Part shown: in pieces, positions 39,701-46,638 of the stretch
How the letters are laid out: every line of letters begins with the position of its first letter
Numbering within the stretch: the first letter of the stretch is position 1
NCBI GenBank assembly: GCA_040954595.2
Contig: JBECUI020000061.1
Location: forward strand, 1-46,638
Direction: 5' to 3'
Origin: Balanoglossus misakiensis
Taxonomy: Eukaryota; Animalia; Hemichordata
DNA: 46,638 nt
Notes under the pieces: generated by a model
Seen by the model: only the letters and a program-made list of their open reading frames with translations
Told to the model about the DNA's origin: nothing
Databases searched by the model: none
Made by a program: the position numbers and the translations under genes

Positions 39701-40760
39701 ATATTTTCTGTAAAATAGACATTTAATTGGCAAGCCGTCCTGCATCAATTATTAATTGTGTACATGCACTAAAGCGCCCTCACTGCTGGGTGTGTTGTAT
39801 GGTCTTTAACCCTGTTTCAAATTAGAGTACTTTCTGCAATTTCAAGACAGATCTTACGTGCCATTGGAGAGCTCCATTGACTGGTCATTCATACTGTTTT
39901 CATTCATTCATTGCGGCATCAATATATTTTATCTATTCTAGCCAAAGAGCTTGGCACCTGTTGAAATGAACTCATCTGCTGTGGGCCAGTTTATTGGTGG
40001 CAGTTGAGCTGAGGAGAGCACCTTCTTTCCCGGCACGCCACCAAGTAAAGTTCCACGCCGCCCACCACAGATGCCAGCATTCATTCATGCGAGTGAGTGT
40101 AATTGCAAATTTGCCTATTTACGTGCCATTGGAGAGCTCCATTGACTGGTCATTCATACTGTTTTCATTCATTCATTGCGGCATCAATATATTTTATCTA
40201 TTCTAGCCAAAGAGCTTGGCACCTGTTGAAATGAACTCATCTGCTGTGGGCCAGTTTATTGGTGGCAGTTGAGCTGAGGAGAGCACCTTCCTTCCCGGCA
40301 CGCCACCAAGTAAAGTTCCACGCCGCCCACCACAGATGCCAGCATTCATTCATGCGAGTGAGTGTAATTGCAAATTTGCCTATTCTAGATCTGTAATGGA
40401 AATGGAGAAAGTACCTTATATTTTCTGTAAAATAGACATTTAATTGGCAAGCCGTCCTGCATCAATTATTAATTGTGTACATGCACTAAAGCGCCCTCAC
40501 TGCTGGGTGTGTTGTATGGTCTTTAACCCTGTTTCAAATTAGAGTACTTTCTGCAATTTCAAGACAGATCTTACGTGCCATTGGAGAGCTCCATTGACTG
40601 GTCATTCATACTGTTTTCATTCATTCATTGCGGCATCAATATATTTTATCTATTCTAGCCAAAGAGCTTGGCACCTGTTGAAATGAACTCATCTGCTGTG
40701 GGCCAGTTTATTGGTGGCAGTTGAGCTGAGGAGAGCACCTTCCTTCCCGGCACGCCACCA

Positions 40761-42567
40761 AGTAAAGTTCCACGTGCATTCCTGGCCCTGGTTTTATTTA
40801 TGTTTACAGACAATATTGCATTTTTGTACAAGTATTTTAATCAACTATAAATTTTGAATGTGTCATTTACCTGAACCGGTCATGTTGACCAGAATGATAC
40901 ATTTCTGCCTTCACTCACCCTATAAATATGTGATTGAGACATAGGTCATTTGCATAAGCTAACATACCAGAAAGTAAGCATATCTGTTGTTTTCCCTGTG
41001 TCACTGCCATCAAAGTAAAAATTAGACGTTGTGTAGAGCAAACTCCAATTTTTTGTTCTCAATAAACATGGATGAATTACATAGAATGTGTTTGTTGTTT
41101 ACAGTCTTTAAATGACACATTAGATTATGCACTTTACAAAACGTTTCTGAGAAACAAGTGACTAACTAGTTTCTTTCCACTGTGGCCAACGTGGTTCACT
41201 GTTTGTGTCAGAATCTCTCTGTTTTGCAAGGATTTTGAAATCATAGTGGTGACATGCATAGTGAAAATCAGCTACTTTCAAATGTCCGTCATGTTCATGC
41301 TGTAATTGAATTTTCAAAGCTGGGCTGGCGTGTTTTTTCTTATTTACATAAGTATCACACTTTATACATGTATCTTCATGGGGTTTTTTGAGTCCCGTAT
41401 TTAGGTCCTCTCTCACAATTTTACGAAATATCGTATAACTGACAGTTGTTCTTCCCAGAAGAGATTGGTTGGTTATGAACTCTCGGTGTAACTGCGATAT
41501 ACTGTGGGCCGGCGCCAGGTACGGTTTAAATCGAGGATTCCTGCAGTAGTGAGATTCTACAATTCTGTGCCTGCGTACGTGTTCAGTGATATCAGTCAGC
41601 AAATTTGGATTGAGTTTCCGACGATGCCCTTTGTGTCGGCCCCTTGCATCTGGCATCAGACCAGTAAAGTTCCATGTGCATTCCTGGCCCTGGTTTTATT
41701 TATGTTTACAGACAATATTGCATTTTTGTACAAGTATTTTAATCAACTATAAATTTTGAATGTGTCATTTACCTGAACCGGTCATGTTGACCAGAATGAT
41801 ACATTTCTGCCTTCACTCACCCTATAAATATGTGATTGAGACATAGGTCATTTGCATAAGCTAACATACCAGAAAGTAAGCATATCTGATGTTTTCCCTG
41901 TGTCACTGCCATCAAAGTAAAAATTAGACGTTGTGTAGAGCAAACTCCAATTTTTTGTTCTCAATAAACATGGATGAATTACATAGAATGTGTTTGTTGT
42001 TTACAGTCTTTAAATGACACATTAGATTATGCACTTTACAAAACGTTTCTGAGAAACAAGTGACTAACTAGTTTCTTTCCACTGTGGCCAACGTGGTTCA
42101 CTGTTTGTGTCAGAATCTCTCTGTTTTGCAAGGATTTTGAAATCATAGTGGTGACATGCATAGTGAAAATCAGCTACTTTCAAATGTCCGTCATGTTCAT
42201 GCTGTAATTGAATTTTCAAAGCTGGGCTGGCGTGTTTTTTCTTATTTACATAAGTATCACACTTTATACATGTATCTTCATGGGGTTTTCTGAGTCCCGT
42301 ATTTAGGTCCTCTCTCACAATTTTACGAAATATCGTATAACTGACAGTTGTTCTTCCCAGAAGAGATTGGTTGGTTATGAACTCTCGGTGTAACTGCGAT
42401 ATACTGTGGTCCGGTGCCAGGTACGGTTTAAATCGAGGATTCCTGCAGTAGTGAGATTCTACAATTCTGTGCCTGCGTACGTGTTCAGTGATATCAGTCA
42501 GCAAATTTGGATTGAGTTTCCGACGATGCCCTTTGTGTCGGCCCCTTGCATCTGGCATCAGACCAGT
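40761..42567. repeat. 902-bp direct tandem duplication (40761-41665 / 41663-42567)
   Basis: Both copies begin agtaaagttcca(c/t)gtgcattcc. They share an AGT microhomology at the junction. I saw at least five substitutions between copies. Confidence 0.95.
41162..41665 (-). pseudogene. 5'-truncated duplicate of the 3' half of the Sola1-like N-terminal-domain gene (164-aa ORF from an internal Met)
   Basis: Identical to the last 164 aa of ORF 42064..43026 except D>A and R>K. Created by the 902-bp duplication. Confidence 0.8.
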
Positions 42568-43020
42568 TGAACAGTGCATCATTTTGCTTAGAACGGTTCT
42601 AGTCCGCCTCTCACTAATGCCAAATAATTTCAGGAATGCATTTTTGCAGACAGTAACCGTTTCACCGCCTTCATTCACCAGGTGATAACGAACCGATTTC
42701 TTGTGTGACTTCATCTGCATATCCATCAGTTTGTAGAGCATCAAGTTCTGTTCATTATACACGCGACCATCAAAATATTTTCTCGTGGTGCCTAAAACAT
42801 GCGTACTCCCAAGCTTCCGCATACAATTCCCTTGAACGCAGGCGCATTCCAAGGAAAGACTGTCAATATCTGGAAAAGGGCGATTTTTCCTTGGTTTTTG
42901 TCTCGGACACGTCTTTTTAGAATTCCTACGTGGCTTGTTGGCTCGAGCTGACAGTTCGGTTCTGCGTTGCTGCCACACAGGAATGGGTTCCCACGCATAA
43001 GCAACTCCCCGGCAGGCCAT
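42064..43020 (-). CDS. Sola1-like transposase N-terminal (putative DNA-binding/Zn-binding) half encoded as a separate gene, about 318 aa
   Basis: Motifs CxC..C, VCKNAFLKLFGISERR, DARGRH, ESHYCR...YL...SI..LHREF, VSY..FRKI...LN..L.KP..DTCIKCD and H...A match, from my recall, the N-terminal region of Sola1-type transposases. ATG at 43020 is in accATGg context (ORF track starts 43026). Confidence 0.75.
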   Translation of the reverse strand: MACRGVAYAWEPIPVWQQRRTELSARANKPRRNSKKTCPRQKPRKNRPFPDIDSLSLECACVQGNCMRKLGSTHVLGTTRKYFDGRVYNEQNLMLYKLMDMQMKSHKKSVRYHLVNEGGETVTVCKNAFLKLFGISERRTRTVLSKMMHCSTGLMPDARGRHKGHRRKLNPNLLTDITEHVRRHRIVESHYCRNPRFKPYLAPDHSISQLHREFITNQSLLGRTTVSYTIFRKIVREDLNTGLRKPHEDTCIKCDTYVNKKKHASPALKIQLQHEHDGHLKVADFHYACHHYDFKILAKQRDSDTNSEPRWPQWKETS

Positions 43021-43067
43021 GGTCACAGCTGAAGTATTTGTTCAAGTACTGACTGACTAAACGCGGC

Positions 43068-44201
43068 ATGGAACAAACGAACGAACGACTTCACGTTCGG
43101 AAAAAAAATCGTTGCGAGCTGTTGGGTGCATGCCTCTATAGTTGTCGGCAACCGTTCTTTTTTATTGCTAAACAATGCTGTCAGAGCATGGAAGGTGTGG
43201 TGGAAAACGAACAGAGGTTTTGTACGACCAACGATTGGATGGTGCTACATATGGACTTCCACAAGTCATTGCCGGTTCCTAAACTCAGCTCTGAAGACTT
43301 TTACTTTAAATCGAAATTGCAAATGAAGCTCCTTGGAATTTACAACGGGACAACGGAAAAGATGCATTGTTATGTATGGACAGAGCTCGATAGCAGAAAG
43401 TCTCCCGATGAAGTTATTACCTGTCTAAATCACTTTTTTTATAACTCGGGTGTGACCAGCAGACATGCAGTTATTTACAGCGACAACTGCCGTGCCGAAT
43501 TCAAGTGTGGGAAGTTAATGTTTTACTATGACTATCTGTTACGAAAGGGCGTGTTTCGACGAATTGACTATAAAACTCTTGTGGCTGGACACACGTACTC
43601 CACCTGTGACCGAGTTTTTGCGTCCATTGAAAGGCATGCAAGTCGTTTCCAGAGTATAGAGACACCTCACGATTGGACATCTGTGATTCGAGGATCTTCT
43701 CTGAATGGGAACATTGGAGTTACGGAGATGACTCACAGAGACTTTTTCAATTATTCTGATTTCCTGAAAAATGAGTACGTTGTGCGTTATGCAGATACAA
43801 ACAATGTAACTTTTTACTACCAAGCCATGCACTATTTTAATTTTGGAGAAGGAGAAAGGCTTGATACCGACGGCAACCTCAGAACATTTAGTCATGCAGA
43901 TAAAGTTTGGGTGAGAACATCTCTAGATCCAAGCGAGACCCCGATTGTAGTCGACTTTAGAAAGAAGAAGCAGAACCGGCGTTTACAAGATTGTACGCTG
44001 AACAAACTTTATCAGGAACGTCGACCACTGGCGAGCAAAGTTTGGCGGGATCTTCAGAGTTTAGCCAAAAATTACCTGTCTCCGGAGGCAATAGAATTTT
44101 ATAGGAATCTACCGCTTCAGGAGAGTAGTGGCACCTCTGCAGACCCGTACGCCTTTCATGATGATGACGACGACGATGATGATGATATGGGCGGTGGTTG
44201 A
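43068..44201 (+). CDS. Sola1-like DDD transposase catalytic (RNase H-fold) half; real start may be ATG 43188
   Basis: MDFHKSLPVP..FYFKSKL, CYVWTE..RK...EV.TCL, IYSDNC, RIDYKTLVAGHTYSTCDRVFASIE. Putative triad D63, D139, D181 (ORF numbering) is intact. C-terminal acidic D-run. Confidence 0.8.
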   Translation: MEQTNERLHVRKKNRCELLGACLYSCRQPFFFIAKQCCQSMEGVVENEQRFCTTNDWMVLHMDFHKSLPVPKLSSEDFYFKSKLQMKLLGIYNGTTEKMHCYVWTELDSRKSPDEVITCLNHFFYNSGVTSRHAVIYSDNCRAEFKCGKLMFYYDYLLRKGVFRRIDYKTLVAGHTYSTCDRVFASIERHASRFQSIETPHDWTSVIRGSSLNGNIGVTEMTHRDFFNYSDFLKNEYVVRYADTNNVTFYYQAMHYFNFGEGERLDTDGNLRTFSHADKVWVRTSLDPSETPIVVDFRKKKQNRRLQDCTLNKLYQERRPLASKVWRDLQSLAKNYLSPEAIEFYRNLPLQESSGTSADPYAFHDDDDDDDDDMGGG

Positions 44202-44206
44202 ATAAA
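44201..44206 (+). terminator. Polyadenylation signal AATAAA overlapping the transposase stop codon
   Basis: Sequence tgAATAAA, followed by GT/T-rich sequence. Confidence 0.55.
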
Positions 44207-44362
44207 CTGTCCTTTTCATGACGACAGTGATTTTGGATATTTGATGTGCGTGCACAGTTTATATGTAATATTTTCACACGAACGAGTTTTGACTGAATTT
44301 GATTAAAGAATGTACTCGATAATTAACAAATGTGCTGAATCGTGGTTATTATGTTGTTAATT

Positions 44363-44402
44363 TTTGTTTGTTTGTTTGTTTGTTTGTTTGTTTGTTTGTT
44401 TG
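44363..44402. repeat. (TTTG)10 microsatellite
   Basis: Direct reading. Confidence 0.95.
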
Positions 44403-44535
44403 TAAACAATTTCCGTTCATTCAACTGGCTACAAAGTTGGATTTTTGTACTGGGAAGCGATAAACTCGCACATCAAAACCGGGGAGACTCGATCATTTTT
44501 CCCTGCAGGTAGCCTGAAAAGCACCCGGGCAGAGA

Positions 44536-44609
44536 TTACGTCATATATGGTCCACTTTAATACGAAATTATGCAAATGTGACATTTCACGGAAACGGCGT
44601 ATATAAAAG
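44536..44609 (+). promoter_or_regulatory. Pol II promoter of the SET gene (CRE-like site, octamer, TATA box)
   Basis: TTACGTCA at 44536-44543, ATGCAAAT at 44570-44577 and TATATAAAAG at 44600-44609, about 100 bp upstream of ATG 44701. Confidence 0.6.
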
Positions 44610-44700
44610 CGACCCTGGGCTATTGTTCGGAATGCGTCATCGACGAGAGAGTGACTGATAATTCTTCTACCTCGAGTCAACCATTCTGTATATACTGAAC

Positions 44701-46038
44701 ATGGCTAGCTGGCGCAGGAAGAGACAAGGCAATGTGCGGTCTGTAATCAACGAACGGCACCGCTCAGTTCAGTGTCCCTTTCTTCAAAAGTGGATCGGTG
44801 AGCAATTGGTATTTTCAGGTCGTTCAGAGGATGAAGTCCAGTCCAGTACTGTATTTGAGAGCTACAAATGTTGGGTTGAAAACTATTCGTCGGCGGACAA
44901 TCAAGTAATGATTATGGTTACTAAAGCTCGATTTTTCAAGGTGAGAATGATCGCATTTTTCTTTCCCCCCCCCCCCCTCCCTCCCTCCCTCCCCCAAGGG
45001 ACTCGTTTTCTGTCTCTTTTAAACCTGTAACTTAACGAAAAGGAAGTTTTTCACATATCTCTTCGTTGACACTATAGCAATTTGGAGCGCGGATGCTTCA
45101 AGAGAAGAGCGTTACCAAATCAAAGTCGGCCGGGGTTAATATTTATAGAGGTGTTCGTCTGAAAGCTGGTTCGCGAAGAATCTCAACGGGGAAACCTGAG
45201 CACAGTGTACTTCAGACCAGGGCAAGGGCATTTCTTGATGACGCCAGCGTGACCGTTCCGATCGAGGTAAGAATGGTGTTTTGTTTGGACTAGGACAATA
45301 GAACGTTGCAATGAGTGTGTCAATGGGTGTCCAAGTGCAAACGTGGTCTGCTTCTGTCCACAAATGCCATTAATTTTTGGCAGGATTTATAAAATTGTCA
45401 ATGAAGAATACAAAAATGAAAAACAACAGTTAATAGCAAACTGGTAGGATTGCAAGGGCTTGTAAAACGGTACACACTGTACCAGGAAGTTTGCAACACT
45501 AATGAAGAATGTATATGATATATTTAGGTGAGAACTGTTCGCGATCGCCGGGACGCAGGACGGTGCGCGTTTTCGACGAGGGATATTCAAGCCTGGGACG
45601 TCGTCTGCGAATACCGGGGCACGGTTATTAGCGTTGAAGAAGCTAGTCGGCGTGATGAGCTTTACAGGGCAGAGGGGAAACGACCACGCATGTTCCATCT
45701 CTACATTGGAAAGAGACACGTTGTGTGAGTGTATCACTTAGTCGAATATATGGTCATATATTGCAAAGCATCTGTCGAAATAGAAAACGTAATATTGTCT
45801 ATATTTTCCTCATTAACGCAGCATTGACGGATACGATGTCCCAGCCGGTGAAGAAAATTTAGCAGGCCTAATAAATCACAGTCAGCAGAACGCCAACTTG
45901 GTACCGGTTCGGATCGGAGAGCGCCTGGTTTTCTTTGCAACCAGGAATCTTTGTCAGGGAGTAGAGCTTTTGTATGATTACGGTGACGGGGGTGAAGAGG
46001 ATTTCTTCAGTGGTTCTCAAACTTTTCCTGAAAATTAA
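44701..46038 (+). CDS. Four-exon gene (44701-44940, 45078-45266, 45528-45724, 45822-46038), 280 aa: winged-helix-like N-terminal domain fused to a PR-Set7/SETD8-like SET lysine methyltransferase domain
   Basis: All three introns are GT-AG and frame-preserving (phases 0, 0, 2). SET motifs: GRCAFSTRDI, VCEYRG, IDG, LAGLINHS, LVFFATRNL..GVELLYDYGD. The N-terminus FLQKWI..V.SS.VFESYK.W...TKARFFKQF...IYRGVRLK resembles RFX-type/D5-primase C-terminal winged helices (less certain). Confidence 0.85.
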
Positions 46039-46638
46039 GGCATTAACACATCAACGCTTCGGGGTGTCGTAACGGCGGCGCGGCGGGGGGGGGGGGGACG
46101 TGAAAATGTTTGTATCAGGAACAAAATTCCCGTGCAAATCACCTTGATCCGGGTGGGTGGACTATTCGCGACAAATGTTGAAATCATACAAAGCATTTTA
46201 CTTAATTAACCCATTTTTTTCATTTATTTGTTTACAGTTTACAACGTCATAGAGAAGTTGAACTAGAGACTGGATCAGCGTGGGTGACACCATAGTACAC
46301 CAATGTTTTCTTCAGTTTGATTCAATTGTAATTTAAAACTGAGATTGCCTAACGCTTTCCCAGATTTTTTTAACCACTGAGAAACTGTGGGTTTTTTTCT
46401 GGGTTTTGGTGCGAGGTGATCTCAGTCAGTGGTGTTAATTTAATTAATCATTTTCTTTTCCTATTTACGTCGACTGAAATGTATTTTGATAGGTGATAGT
46501 CATACCATAAAAAAAATCTTACGGCGCGACTGCCAAAATGTACATTTATTTGTCCGTTCCAAGTTATTTTGTGTATGTGTGATGGGTGCCGGTGACTGTG
46601 CAGGGTTGATTTCCCTAGAGCGACTGTTATATTCGTTT

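Larger units (their letters stand above)
2290..40774 (+). repeat. 38.5-kb tandem array (satellite) of 105 complete units in five length/junction classes
   Basis: Counted from sequence and ORF spacing: 53 L units (452 bp, element present), 32 E (274 bp, tagaatcttac), 5 D (274 bp, tagattcttac), 10 X (265 bp, cctatttacg) and 5 Y (275 bp, tagaattcttac). They sum to 38,119 bp, exactly the distance between equivalent points 2592 and 40711. Confidence 0.98.

Noticed and set aside
3948-40206. Repeated 63-73 aa ORFs (MVAVELRR..., MTSQWSS..., MAPVEMN...)
   Set aside because: They mostly begin at non-ATG codons, resemble no protein I recognise, and appear or vanish with junction indels or a single SNP. 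They are by-products of the repeat.
2290-40774. CRISPR-like repeat-spacer array
   Set aside because: Units are 265-452 bp, the inserted segment is identical each time rather than unique, there are no cas genes, and the context is eukaryotic.
41504-45940. Small overlapping or antisense ORFs (e.g. 41504..41752, 42488..42685, 43539..43895, 43957..44277, 44429..44680, 45387..45737)
   Set aside because: They are shadows of the transposase and SET genes or their promoter, with no recognisable motifs.

Overview
Eukaryotic, probably animal, DNA: it has GT-AG introns, Kozak starts, a TATA/octamer promoter and AATAAA signals. About 83% of the window (2290-40774) is a near-identical tandem array of 105 complete units plus partial ends. 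Each unit has a constant core containing a 151-nt segment bounded by splice-like sites that folds into a long hairpin. Nearly all length variation sits at one site per unit. That site is either filled by a 177-bp MITE-like element (24-bp imperfect TIRs, AT on both sides; 53 intact copies) or carries one of four short junctions resembling transposon-excision or double-strand-break repair footprints. Unit types form a 20-unit, 7,243-bp higher-order repeat. To the left lie an intact His-Cys box (I-PpoI-like) endonuclease ORF and a diverged copy of the array unit. To the right lie a 902-bp tandem duplication, a Sola1-like DDD transposase split into two divergent genes, and a 4-exon gene fusing a winged-helix-like domain to a PR-Set7/SETD8-like SET domain. 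Family calls come from motif recognition by eye, not database searches. Whether the parts form one functional system is inference.
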